From: an uncultured bacterium
GTDB lineage: Bacteria > Chloroflexota > Anaerolineae > Anaerolineales > UBA4823
DNA length: 64,000 nucleotides
NCBI GenBank assembly: GCA_965603285.1
Contig: CBFDCK010000003.1
Coordinates: 5,799-69,798, forward strand
Reading direction: 5' to 3'
Made by a program: the position numbers and the translations under genes. The notes beneath the pieces were generated by a model. It saw only the letters and a program-made list of their open reading frames with translations. It did no database searches and was not told the DNA's origin. Below, one piece after another: positions 38,417 through 47,493 of this stretch; position 1 is the first letter of the stretch, and each line of letters opens with the position of its first letter.

Positions 38417-39898
38417 CTATACCCTTAGTATTTGCCTCACAACTTCTTCCACTACCGCTTCGATCTCACTGGGCGCGGGACCATAGATCGGACCGGCAGG
38501 TGTCGTGCCTGGCTTCATAGCCATTTCAGGTGGTCGTGTGGTTTCAAAAGCCATGCGTTTTATGTTGAACAGGTGATAGACGGTGACGTTATCACCGGTG
38601 ATGGAACCACCAATCCCTCCCGCTCCAAGGGTCATAGAGGGCATCACTTTGGTGGTTAGTCCGATTGAGCCTAGTGTGCCCATCGTGTTGACTCCAATAC
38701 GGAAGACAGGCTTCTCCAAACCAAAAGCCATGATGACTTTTTCGTCTGTGGCGTGAATGATAAGACTATGACCGCGTCCGCCAAAATTGATCAACTCGAT
38801 ACAACGTTCACAGCCTGCTTCCCAGCCATTAGCTTCGTACCAGCCCAAGACGGTTGTCATCTTTTCGCGTGATAAAGGTTCGTCCTGGCCAACTACGTTC
38901 AGCCGCGCCACCAGGATGCGAGCATGTCCGGGTACCTGAATGCCGGCCATTGCCGCAATGTATTGTGGCGACTTTCCAACGCTGCTCACGTTGATGCTGC
39001 CATCAGAATGGAATAGAACCTTCCTCAGGGAATTGGCCTGAGATTCACCAACGAAGTAAGCACCTTCGCCTTCCATCAATTGTTTCAGTCGTGCGGCGAT
39101 TGGACGATCGGCCACCACGGCTTGTTCCGTAGCGCAGATCACAGAATAATCGAACGCTTTACTGGAAACGATATATTTGGCAGCTTTCTCCAGGTCTGCA
39201 CTGCGATCGACGTACACCGGCACATTGCCCGGTCCTACCCCGTAAGCTGGTTTGCCCTGCGAGTGAGCGACACGCACCATCTCACTCCCGCCGGTCGCCA
39301 GAATGACGCCAGTACGCTTGTAGGACATCATTTCCTGGGTGCCCTCCAAGGTGATCTGTGTTAGACAGTTGATCAAGCCAGGAGGGGCGCCGGCATCATC
39401 AGCTGCGTCTATCATCAACTTACCAGTCTCAACGCAGCAGTTGACTGCGTTGGGGTGCGGGGAGACTACAATGGCGTTGCGCGCCTTAACCGAAATCAAG
39501 ATGTTGTTGATCATGGTGGAGGTCGGATTGGTGCTGGGTATCAGTGCCGCCACCACGCCCATCGGCCATGCGATCTCATAGATTTTGTTGACCTTGTCTT
39601 GGCGTACAAAACCCACAGTCTTAATATCTTTGATCCTCTCCCAAACGTGTCTGGAGGCGAATTCGTTTTTCAGTTTCTTATGCTCTGGCACACCAAAGCC
39701 CGTCTCTTCAGCAGCTAAGCGCCCCAGCCGTTCGGAGCCCAGGAACGCTGCCTGTACCATTGCTTCACACACACGGTCTACTTGCTGTTGGGTGGCAGAT
39801 CCCCAGATTCGCTGGGCTTCGTACGCACGTTCCACCATCTGGCGAGCCTCTTGGACTGAGAGCAAATCCTTATCGGATTGTTTCATAATCGATCCCAT
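38417..39898 (-). CDS. CoA-acylating aldehyde dehydrogenase with C-terminal encapsulation peptide
   Basis: PSTNPTST, LATGG, GVGPGN, SKAFDYSVICATEQ, REK, GHS; tail EIEAVVEEVVRQIL. Confidence 0.92.
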   Translation of the reverse strand: MGSIMKQSDKDLLSVQEARQMVERAYEAQRIWGSATQQQVDRVCEAMVQAAFLGSERLGRLAAEETGFGVPEHKKLKNEFASRHVWERIKDIKTVGFVRQDKVNKIYEIAWPMGVVAALIPSTNPTSTMINNILISVKARNAIVVSPHPNAVNCCVETGKLMIDAADDAGAPPGLINCLTQITLEGTQEMMSYKRTGVILATGGSEMVRVAHSQGKPAYGVGPGNVPVYVDRSADLEKAAKYIVSSKAFDYSVICATEQAVVADRPIAARLKQLMEGEGAYFVGESQANSLRKVLFHSDGSINVSSVGKSPQYIAAMAGIQVPGHARILVARLNVVGQDEPLSREKMTTVLGWYEANGWEAGCERCIELINFGGRGHSLIIHATDEKVIMAFGLEKPVFRIGVNTMGTLGSIGLTTKVMPSMTLGAGGIGGSITGDNVTVYHLFNIKRMAFETTRPPEMAMKPGTTPAGPIYGPAPSEIEAVVEEVVRQILRV

Positions 39899-39939
39899 GC
39901 CGAGTATTCACGCAAGAGCTACACGACCATCAGGCTCGC

Positions 39940-40230
39940 TCACTCCTTGCGATAAACTACTTCTCCACCTACTACTAAATGGTCAATCACCGCCATGATG
40001 ACAGCATCCACTGGGCTATTCTTGGTTAGATAAGTCTGACGCCCACCTGATCCATGCGCTGTCAATACCAAATCTCCGACACCCGCATCCAGCGTGTCAA
40101 CGGCTACATAGGGCTTACCTATCGGCGTTCCGGTCTCATCAGTCTGCCGCAGGATGAGTAGCTTTCGACCAGTGAGTTTTTCATCCTTTATGGTGGATAT
40201 CGTGGTCCCGATAACTTCGGCGATCAACAT
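39940..40230 (-). CDS. BMC-P vertex protein (EutN/CcmL)
   Basis: IGTTISTIKD, VAVD.LDAG.GD.VL, PVDAVIMAVID. Confidence 0.93.
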   Translation of the reverse strand: MLIAEVIGTTISTIKDEKLTGRKLLILRQTDETGTPIGKPYVAVDTLDAGVGDLVLTAHGSGGRQTYLTKNSPVDAVIMAVIDHLVVGGEVVYRKE

Positions 40231-40312
40231 TACATACTCCACAAAACATTATCAAATCTACTTAATAAATTATCTCAATATACATCTTATGAGCTACTCA
40301 ATGGTTTACACG

Positions 40313-40603
40313 CTAAGATTTACGAAAAACCACTTCTCCATCGACCTCCAGATGGTCGATCACCGCCATTACAACAGCATCCACCGGGCAATCTTTGGTC
40401 TGGTATGTCTGACGAGCACTAGAGCCGTGCCCGGTCAGTACTAAATCGTCCACACCAGCATCCACCAGGTCGACAGCCACGTAAGGTTTGCCGGTAATCT
40501 CGCCAGTTTCGTCAGTCTGGCGAAGAATAAGCAATTTACTGCCTCGCACCTTCTCGTCTTTTATTGTCGAAATTGTTGTGCCAATAACTCTGGCGATTTG
40601 CAT
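40313..40603 (-). CDS. BMC-P vertex protein (EutN/CcmL), tandem paralog of 39940-40230
   Basis: MQIARVIGTTISTIKD, VAVDLVDAG, GSSAR, PVDAVVMAVID. Confidence 0.93.
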   Translation of the reverse strand: MQIARVIGTTISTIKDEKVRGSKLLILRQTDETGEITGKPYVAVDLVDAGVDDLVLTGHGSSARQTYQTKDCPVDAVVMAVIDHLEVDGEVVFRKS

Positions 40604-40671
40604 AAACTGTCCTATAAATACATTACACATAAGACGGTCTAAAGGATTATCCCCTAAGCAATCCGTCTTAT

Positions 40672-41595
40672 CTATGTTGCCACAGGCAAGGCCGCCGCTG
40701 CCACACCATTCACCTTTCTCTCGCTCTGAACGATCTTTACACCTGCACTGGCCCCGATGCGGGTCGCGCCGGCTGCGACCATTTTCTTGGCATCAGTGTA
40801 AGTTTTCACTCCTCCAGCAGCCTTAATACCCATCTCCGGGCCAACTGCGCTACGTATTGAGGCGATATCTTCAATTGTTGCACCACCACTGGAAAATCCA
40901 GTAGAGGTCTTGACAAAATCGGCTCCAGCCTCCTTTGCTAATAAGCTAGCGGTTATCTTCTCATCATTATCTAGCAAAGCAGTCTCGATGATCACCTTAA
41001 CTAACGCGCCAGCGGTCCGCGCCATCCGCACTACACCGTGAATATCCTTCGCTACCAGGTCATAATCCTTCGTCTTGAGCGCCCCAATATTGATCACCAT
41101 ATCAATCTCAGTTGCCCCATCACGCAGGGCGGTTTCGGTTTCATAGCCTTTCACCTCAGGGGATGACGCTCCCAGTGGGAAGCCAACAACCGTACATACC
41201 TTCACCGGGCTGCCACGCAGTAAATCGGCACACAACTTCACATGCGTAGGGTTTACACAAACTGAAGCGAACTCATATTTGCGTGCTTCGTAGCAAAGTT
41301 GCGCAATCTGGTCAGCGGTAGCATCCGGCTTGAGCAGGGTGTGATCTATCATCCTGGCGACGCTAGGATCATCTGGAATACCGCCCAGCGTGGATGTAAT
41401 TCGCGTAGCTCCGGCGCTGACAACTCTTCCAACGCGATCAAAACAGGTTTTTACGCAGATATCTCCGGTGCACTCCTCAGTGCAGTGGTCGCCATCGGGC
41501 AGTGCTGATCGTTGCTCCTGTTCGGCAAGCGCGATCAGCACTTCACGAGCAACAACTTCCACTATTTGTTCAACTTCCGATTGTTCATAAAACAT
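40672..41595 (-). CDS. deoC: Deoxyribose-phosphate aldolase with N-terminal encapsulation peptide and Cys-rich extension
   Basis: [48 protein letters not shown]; N-term [14 protein letters not shown]. Confidence 0.93.
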   Translation of the reverse strand: MFYEQSEVEQIVEVVAREVLIALAEQEQRSALPDGDHCTEECTGDICVKTCFDRVGRVVSAGATRITSTLGGIPDDPSVARMIDHTLLKPDATADQIAQLCYEARKYEFASVCVNPTHVKLCADLLRGSPVKVCTVVGFPLGASSPEVKGYETETALRDGATEIDMVINIGALKTKDYDLVAKDIHGVVRMARTAGALVKVIIETALLDNDEKITASLLAKEAGADFVKTSTGFSSGGATIEDIASIRSAVGPEMGIKAAGGVKTYTDAKKMVAAGATRIGASAGVKIVQSERKVNGVAAAALPVAT

Positions 41596-41601
41596 TGATT
41601 T

Positions 41602-42216
41602 CTAACTAGCCTGTCTCCTTTCAATCGTCGTGATTTTGTCTACCCGGCGGGCGTGACGCCCCCCGGCGAAGATTGTGTTCAACCAAGTCAACACGATTTG
41701 GCGGGCTAATGTAGGAAAGATCAATCCAGCACCCAAGGTAAGTACATTGGCATTATTATGTTCACGACTGTTCAACGCAGTGGCGTGGTCATAGCACATA
41801 GCAGCCCGTACACCTGGCACTTTATTGGCAACCATACAGCTCCCAATCCCAGCTCCGTCAATTATAATTCCGCGCCAGACGTCACCTTCACTCACTTTTT
41901 TCGCTACTGCATAGGCGAAATCGGGATAATCCACCGAATCCGGGCTATACGTACCACAATCATCCACCTTGTAGCCCTGCTTCAGGAGGAATGTTTTAAG
42001 GTTCTCTTTGAGAGAAAAACCACCGTGATCAGCCCCCAATGCTATTGTGTTTACTGTTGCGACATGAGGCTGAGATTCCACCAGCATTAAATCTGGCTCG
42101 GTACCTGCAGGATTTAAGGTAGACGTGGTTGATGAAACGACATTGCCGCTTCCCAATGTGCGCCGCACTATCTGCTGCACGAGATCTTGGAGATCGGAAT
42201 CAGAAATTATGCTCAT
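41602..42216 (-). CDS. rpiB: RpiB/LacAB sugar-phosphate isomerase with N-terminal encapsulation peptide
   Basis: GADHGG..LK, SVDYPD, G.GIG..ANKVPGVRAA, REHNNANVL, FAGGRHARRV; N-term DLQDLVQQIVRRTL. Confidence 0.9.
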   Translation of the reverse strand: MSIISDSDLQDLVQQIVRRTLGSGNVVSSTTSTLNPAGTEPDLMLVESQPHVATVNTIALGADHGGFSLKENLKTFLLKQGYKVDDCGTYSPDSVDYPDFAYAVAKKVSEGDVWRGIIIDGAGIGSCMVANKVPGVRAAMCYDHATALNSREHNNANVLTLGAGLIFPTLARQIVLTWLNTIFAGGRHARRVDKITTIERRQAS

Positions 42217-42225
42217 AACTCGAAA

Positions 42226-43035
42226 TTAATAATTCACGGGTAGATTATGTGGCTCCGAGGTTTCCATATGAAATGGCAACCTTCGGAAGGCAAATTCACC
42301 CGGTGAAGAATGCAACCGAAGGTTAGTGTAAAAACGGAAACGATCACCACGTAATTCAGAATCGACGTACTCAATTATCTGACCTGTGACCATCCGCGTT
42401 TCACGATGGAACACAATCACGACAGCCGGCGGTGTCAAACCCAGTAAGTGTGTCACTTCGGGTGTCGAAAGACTGGCTTCAATTACCTGTTCAGCATGAT
42501 CGGGTCTTTTCTTATAAACATTGTAGAGTATTTCATAAAGAGAATTAACGGCAAAATCATAATTTAAAATCCCTGGGCAAAGGGCGTGCGGTAAATACGA
42601 TCGCTCAATGGAGGTGGGCTCGTCATCCATGAGTCGCACTCGGTAAAGAAACGCAACATCAGCTCCAAGCTGAATTTGTAGTCGCCTAGAAAGAAATGGA
42701 TCAGCACCAATTATCTTTGCCTCCAATACTTGGCTGGTTACTTTCTTACCATGAATCCGCATTTCTTGAGTGAAGCCAAATAAGTATTCCGCCGTCTTGT
42801 CAAGTCTATTGTCTACAACAAAAGTTCCTACCCCTGGAACAGTCCTTAATATATCTTCATTTACCAGTTCACTGATTGCGCGTCGAACGGTATTACGCCC
42901 AGCCGAATAAATTTGGCAAAGTTCACCTTCTGATGGTATTCTCTCGGATGCTTTTATCTGTCCGGTTCTCACCTGGCTTAAAATTGACTCTGCTATAACT
43001 TGATATAGTGGTTCAGCTCGCCGTTCTCTATCCAT
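42226..43035 (-). CDS. GntR/HutC-family regulator (wHTH + UTRA)
   Basis: PLYQVI, PSEGEL, R.TVRRAI, G.GTFV, GFTQEM, SLYEIL, RGDRF. Confidence 0.93.
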   Translation of the reverse strand: MDRERRAEPLYQVIAESILSQVRTGQIKASERIPSEGELCQIYSAGRNTVRRAISELVNEDILRTVPGVGTFVVDNRLDKTAEYLFGFTQEMRIHGKKVTSQVLEAKIIGADPFLSRRLQIQLGADVAFLYRVRLMDDEPTSIERSYLPHALCPGILNYDFAVNSLYEILYNVYKKRPDHAEQVIEASLSTPEVTHLLGLTPPAVVIVFHRETRMVTGQIIEYVDSELRGDRFRFYTNLRLHSSPGEFAFRRLPFHMETSEPHNLPVNY

Positions 43036-43060
43036 AGCAGTCCCTTAAAGATTTATCTAC

Positions 43061-43100
43061 AAACATTCCAACCTGTACCAACATATACCAACATGTCCTA
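43061..43100. promoter_or_regulatory. Four tandem 10-bp direct repeats; putative GntR operator
   Basis: aaacattcca/acctgtacca/acatatacca/acatgtccta between the -10 box and the GntR start codon. Confidence 0.6.
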
Positions 43101-43105
43101 TTCGC

Positions 43106-43135
43106 ATTATAGCACTAATTTGGGTAAAGTGTCAA
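43106..43135 (-). promoter_or_regulatory. Consensus sigma70 promoter of the BMC operon
   Basis: Minus strand TTGACA, 18-nt spacer, extended -10 TGcTATAAT. Confidence 0.85.
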
Positions 43136-43273
43136 GAATAAAATTGACAGAATAAAATGGCAATTCATCAATCAGACGCGCTTTTGAAAGTATTGATGTT
43201 TGATTAAACTGAACAACGCCCTGCGCTTTAGGATAACTTAGAAGAACTTCCGTAGCGGTTATATTTTTTTATT

Positions 43274-44167
43274 TTATTGAGTCGTTGACAACAATTGTTT
43301 TGGATCTACAAGTTGAAAAATTTCCCTCACTCGCCATGTGCAGTAAGCGCTCATTTCTTTTGGAGATGCGCTGGTGTGATAATGTGCCATGCTGCCAAGC
43401 CGCGCCCCTGAAGGACCGATTCGAACTTCCAGGTGCAGATGAGGGTTAAGAGCGTTTCCGCTGTCTCCGATTTGACCAATTATTTGTCCGCATTCGACGG
43501 CTTCATCGATTTGAAAAGAGGGGAATTCTTTCAGATGGGCGTACAATAAATATAGTGAGCGTTTCTCGGCGTTCCAGGGTGGAACGGGTGAAATCTGCGG
43601 GCAGTTGAGGGCTGGATGGGATTCAATTGTTGGAGATAGAGTTGGAAGGTAAATCCCTGAGACGGATTGGGAAGCCAAGGACTCGAGCGGTGTTTCGATC
43701 ATCAGAGCATTTCCGTAAGGGAATCGGTTGTCGATTACTGCCGCGACGTGACCGTCCAGTACGGACTGCACTGGGTTCCCGGATAGGGCGATCCCATATT
43801 CCAGGACAGCAAAATCTACACCTTGATGGGGGTCGTCCCGCCCTGAGCGTGGTGGATTGAATGGGTTATGGATAGTGTCGGTCAATTCGGTTATTGGTAT
43901 GCCTTGCAGTGGAGAACATAAGCGCAGATCGGTTATTTCTTCCACTTCGGTTGGTTTTTTGGTGAAAGCAGGCGATGGAGATGGGCTGGATGTTGGGACT
44001 GATTCACTTGTAGGAGTGGGTGAAGCGTTCGATGTGCTGGTTGCTGTCGGGGGTTGAGAAGTTGTTTTATGATTGATCTCACCAGAATTGGATGTACACC
44101 CCGCCAATGAAACGATAAATAATAAGGTTAACAAATATAGATGTCCAGAACGGTTATTGAACGCCAT
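43274..44167 (-). CDS. M23-family metallopeptidase lipoprotein
   Basis: Lipobox LAGC, Ser/Thr/Pro linker, HQGVD, YGN, YAHL, G.SGN..PHLHLE. Confidence 0.88.
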   Translation of the reverse strand: MAFNNRSGHLYLLTLLFIVSLAGCTSNSGEINHKTTSQPPTATSTSNASPTPTSESVPTSSPSPSPAFTKKPTEVEEITDLRLCSPLQGIPITELTDTIHNPFNPPRSGRDDPHQGVDFAVLEYGIALSGNPVQSVLDGHVAAVIDNRFPYGNALMIETPLESLASQSVSGIYLPTLSPTIESHPALNCPQISPVPPWNAEKRSLYLLYAHLKEFPSFQIDEAVECGQIIGQIGDSGNALNPHLHLEVRIGPSGARLGSMAHYHTSASPKEMSAYCTWRVREIFQLVDPKQLLSTTQ

Positions 44168-44354
44168 TTTATTTATGGCTTCCCTGGTTGGGTACCCAAC
44201 AGTCCAATTGAAAAGAGTGAGAAAGTAGTATAATCTTTTTTTGATAAAACTATGAAGGAGAACAATCTGGATTATTGGTTGAACCGGTTGCCATGTTCGA
44301 TGCTTTGTTGTGGTTCAGTAAAGGCGATAGTTTGTGTTATCACAGGAAGACACT

Positions 44355-45533
44355 ATGACTCTTTATGACTTTGACCAGATTCTTGATCGCCGGAAATCGG
44401 ACAGCCTCAAGTGGCGCTACTATGGGGATGATGTTATTCCCATGTGGGTGGCAGACATGGATTTTGTGTCTCCAGAGCCCGTCCTTCAGGCGCTGCATGA
44501 GCGGGTTGATCATGGTGTTTATGGTTATCCAGTCGGCTTGACCCATTTACCGGAAAAGGTCTCGGAGTTTCACCAGTTAATTATAGATCGCCTGGCTTGC
44601 TTGTATGATTGGTATATCTTACCGCAGGACCTGGTCTTAATTCCAGGGGTCGTTACGGGCTTTCACATTGCCTGCCACACCTTGGAATCTCCAGAAAATG
44701 GAGTGCTGGTGCAAACCCCTGTCTATTACCCAATATTAAATGCAGCTATTAACACAGGGAGGCTTTCTCAGGAAATGGAGCTGACCCGCAATCCGGATGG
44801 TTCTTATAGCGTTGACTGGGATTTGTTCGCAGACAGCATCACTTCAGAGACACGCTTGTTTATTTTATGCAATCCCCAAAATCCGGTTGGCAAGGTGTTT
44901 TCGCGCGCCGAACTGGAGAGCCTGGCAGAAATCTGCCTGCAGCGTGACATCCCTATATGCTCAGACGAAATTCACTGCGACCTGGTTTATCAAGGATACA
45001 GGCATATCCCCATCGCATCTTTAGATCCGGTTGTTGCACAAAACACGATTACATTGATGGCGCCCAGCAAGACGTTTAACCTTCCTGGACTGCAATGTTC
45101 TTTTGCGATAATTCAGAACCGAGATTTGCGAGAGAAGTATATAGCAGCCCGCAAGGGTCTTGTGCCGTGGGTCAACTTGATGGGGCAGGTAGCAGCCGAA
45201 GCGGCATACCGTGATGGGGGAGATTGGCTTGCCCAGTTGCTGCAATACTTGGAAGGCAATCGTGACTATCTGTCTGATTACGTTCAGGGCGAATTACCAG
45301 GGCTTTCTATGGCTGAACCTCAAGGCACATACCTGGCATGGCTCGACTGTAGAGAAACAGTAATATCAGGTAATCCATATGAATTCTTTTTAGAAAAGGC
45401 AGGGGTTGCTTTTAATAACGGTAAAATGTTTGGCCGCGGAGGTGATGGTTTTGTGAGGATTAATTTTGGCTGTCCGCGTTCAACCCTTGCTGAAGCATTG
45501 GAGCGCATGAAAGAAGCCTTAATTGATATGTAG
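44355..45533 (+). CDS. patB: PatB/MalY PLP-dependent C-S lyase
   Basis: MWVADMDF, LCNPQNP.G, SDEIH, APSKTFN, TYLAWLD, RINFGCP. Confidence 0.92.
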   Translation: MTLYDFDQILDRRKSDSLKWRYYGDDVIPMWVADMDFVSPEPVLQALHERVDHGVYGYPVGLTHLPEKVSEFHQLIIDRLACLYDWYILPQDLVLIPGVVTGFHIACHTLESPENGVLVQTPVYYPILNAAINTGRLSQEMELTRNPDGSYSVDWDLFADSITSETRLFILCNPQNPVGKVFSRAELESLAEICLQRDIPICSDEIHCDLVYQGYRHIPIASLDPVVAQNTITLMAPSKTFNLPGLQCSFAIIQNRDLREKYIAARKGLVPWVNLMGQVAAEAAYRDGGDWLAQLLQYLEGNRDYLSDYVQGELPGLSMAEPQGTYLAWLDCRETVISGNPYEFFLEKAGVAFNNGKMFGRGGDGFVRINFGCPRSTLAEALERMKEALIDM

Positions 45534-45807
45534 TCCTTTTTGGGTGTGCTCTTCAAGCGAAGCATTTTGATGTGTGTGGAGAAAGAAGTCGGCACAGATT
45601 TTGCAACTAAAGTCCTACAGAATACCGACAATTTGATAGGGTTTTCTAACGGTAGGTTGATGAAATCAATGATTTATTAGCCTGACGGAGACTTGACAGT
45701 TTGCGGGTAACAATGCAACATGTTGAAATGCTCAAATGTGGTTTTCCATTATTAATCTTGAATGAGGATCAGACCGCATGAGTGGTCTGTAGAATTAGGA
45801 GATAGAG

Positions 45808-46515
45808 ATGAATATCAAACGTACTTGCGTGGTTGTAGCTCTAGTATTACTCTTAGCCGGTCTTGCTGCCTGTACGCGTTCATTAACACCTTCGGATAAA
45901 GGTACTCAGACCAGCCCTGAGGACGTTACTTCTGAAGAAGTGACGCCCGCAGCCGGTACAGAAGTTATGGGACAATTATTTTTGCTCGCAACCCAAACGG
46001 CTATGGCTCGACAAGGCATCAGCGCTGAGGAATTCCCCGAAGTGTCAACAGAAGAAGCACCAACAGATGTGGCTCCCGGTACAACCGAAACCGCTCCTGT
46101 TGAGGGTCAAGAACAAGGTACAACAACTGCTCCAACCCCTAAACCGACCAAAGTAGCAGTGCCAACTGCGACACCAGGAAAGCCTGATACGTATACTTTA
46201 CAGAAGGGCGAGTTCCCATTCTGCATAGCCAGACGTTTTGATGTGAATCCACACGAAATGCTGCGGGTCAGTGGTATAGTGCCCAATACAACTCTTCAAC
46301 CCGGCACAGTGTTGAAATTACCCCAGACCGATCGAGCATACCCCGGAAATCGCACTTTGCGAGAGCATCCCACTACTTATACGGTCAAATCTGGGGACAC
46401 AATTTATTCTATAGCTTGTTTGTTTGGCGATGTGGCTCCGGACGCTATCGCTTATGCGAATGGTTTGCAACCGCCATATGAGCTATCCCTGGGAGATGAG
46501 TTGCATATCCCATAA
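45808..46515 (+). CDS. Lipoprotein with two LysM domains
   Basis: Lipobox LAAC; YTLQKGE..CIARRF and YTVKSGDTIYSIA...G.EL.IP. Confidence 0.88.
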   Translation: MNIKRTCVVVALVLLLAGLAACTRSLTPSDKGTQTSPEDVTSEEVTPAAGTEVMGQLFLLATQTAMARQGISAEEFPEVSTEEAPTDVAPGTTETAPVEGQEQGTTTAPTPKPTKVAVPTATPGKPDTYTLQKGEFPFCIARRFDVNPHEMLRVSGIVPNTTLQPGTVLKLPQTDRAYPGNRTLREHPTTYTVKSGDTIYSIACLFGDVAPDAIAYANGLQPPYELSLGDELHIP

Positions 46516-46542
46516 TAGATGATTGTATATTTACTGGAATTC

Positions 46543-46576
46543 AAGGAGTAGCCAAACCTGATGGTGGCTGCTCCTT
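46543..46576 (+). terminator. Hairpin downstream of LysM gene
   Basis: aaggagtagcca...tggctgctcctt, 12-bp stem including one G-U pair. Confidence 0.55.
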
Positions 46577-46597
46577 AATTATTTAGGGAGGTTTTTT

Positions 46598-47146
46598 ATG
46601 CCGTTTGAAGTGATTGAATCCCAGGTCGTTTTCCGTGGTCGTGTTTTCAAAGTCAGAAAGGATAAGATCAGAGTCACCGAAAGCCGGGTTTCCCATCTGG
46701 ACGTGGTCGAGCACCGTAATTCTGTAACAATCGTACCGCTGGACAGTGATGGTAACCTCTGGTTTGTTCGCCAGTATCGTCATCCAGTTGAGGGAAACCT
46801 GCTGGAGTTGCCTGCTGGTGTGATTGAACCGGAGGAGTCGGCCGAGGAGTGTGCCTACCGTGAAATTCGTGAAGAGACTGGTATGGCGGCAGGAAATTTG
46901 CGGGAGATCGGTAGTTTCTTCATGGCGCCTGGGTATTCGACAGAGTACATGTATGTCTTTCTAGCGACCGAACTGGATCCGGATCCATTGGATGCAGACG
47001 AGGACGAGTTCATAAGCATTGATAAGATTCCAGTTGAAATGGCATTGCGCATGGCAAAGAGCGGTCAGATCCAGGACGTAAAATCAATCGGGTCGATATT
47101 TCTGGCGCAGCCATTTTTGCTCCAGACAACAGAGCCTAATTCATAA
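46598..47146 (+). CDS. nudF: NUDIX hydrolase (ADP-ribose pyrophosphatase-like)
   Basis: VRQYR, ELPAG..EPEESAEECAYREIREETG Nudix box, APGYSTE. Confidence 0.88.
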   Translation: MPFEVIESQVVFRGRVFKVRKDKIRVTESRVSHLDVVEHRNSVTIVPLDSDGNLWFVRQYRHPVEGNLLELPAGVIEPEESAEECAYREIREETGMAAGNLREIGSFFMAPGYSTEYMYVFLATELDPDPLDADEDEFISIDKIPVEMALRMAKSGQIQDVKSIGSIFLAQPFLLQTTEPNS

Positions 47147-47190
47147 GTACAAAGCTGCTAAACAATATTGAGTTTTTACCTTGCGAAGGT

Positions 47191-47493
47191 CTATGGCTGA
47201 GCCTGGTTTGCCCCTGTTGGCTCTGCTTTGTGTGGTGAGGTTGAACTTCGACCTGTTTCCGGGTTGAGCAGCGTGTTCAGCCATGTGATTGCTCTTCCGT
47301 CGTATTCCCTGCGCCCGCATATATCGCACACATAAGCCGGAAAATCTGGCACTGTGATCAATTCATTGTTCAGCCAGGTGAAATAAGTCAGGTGCCGCAG
47401 CTTCAAGAGACCAGTACCGCATTCACCACACATGCCTTTGATATTTGGTGCCTCATTTTCTGGTTTACTGATCATCCCTGGCAACTCCTTCAC
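47191..47493 (-). CDS. YgiT-type zinc-finger protein
   Basis: CGECGTG...[15 protein letters not shown]. Confidence 0.75.
   Translation of the reverse strand: MKELPGMISKPENEAPNIKGMCGECGTGLLKLRHLTYFTWLNNELITVPDFPAYVCDICGRREYDGRAITWLNTLLNPETGRSSTSPHKAEPTGANQAQP

Noticed and set aside
35406-43035. Ethanolamine, propanediol or fucose (PVM-type) BMC assignment
   Set aside because: No EutBC, diol dehydratase or glycyl radical enzyme; EP-bearing cargo is DeoC/RpiB/AldDH, and the fuc-operon aldolase has no clear EP
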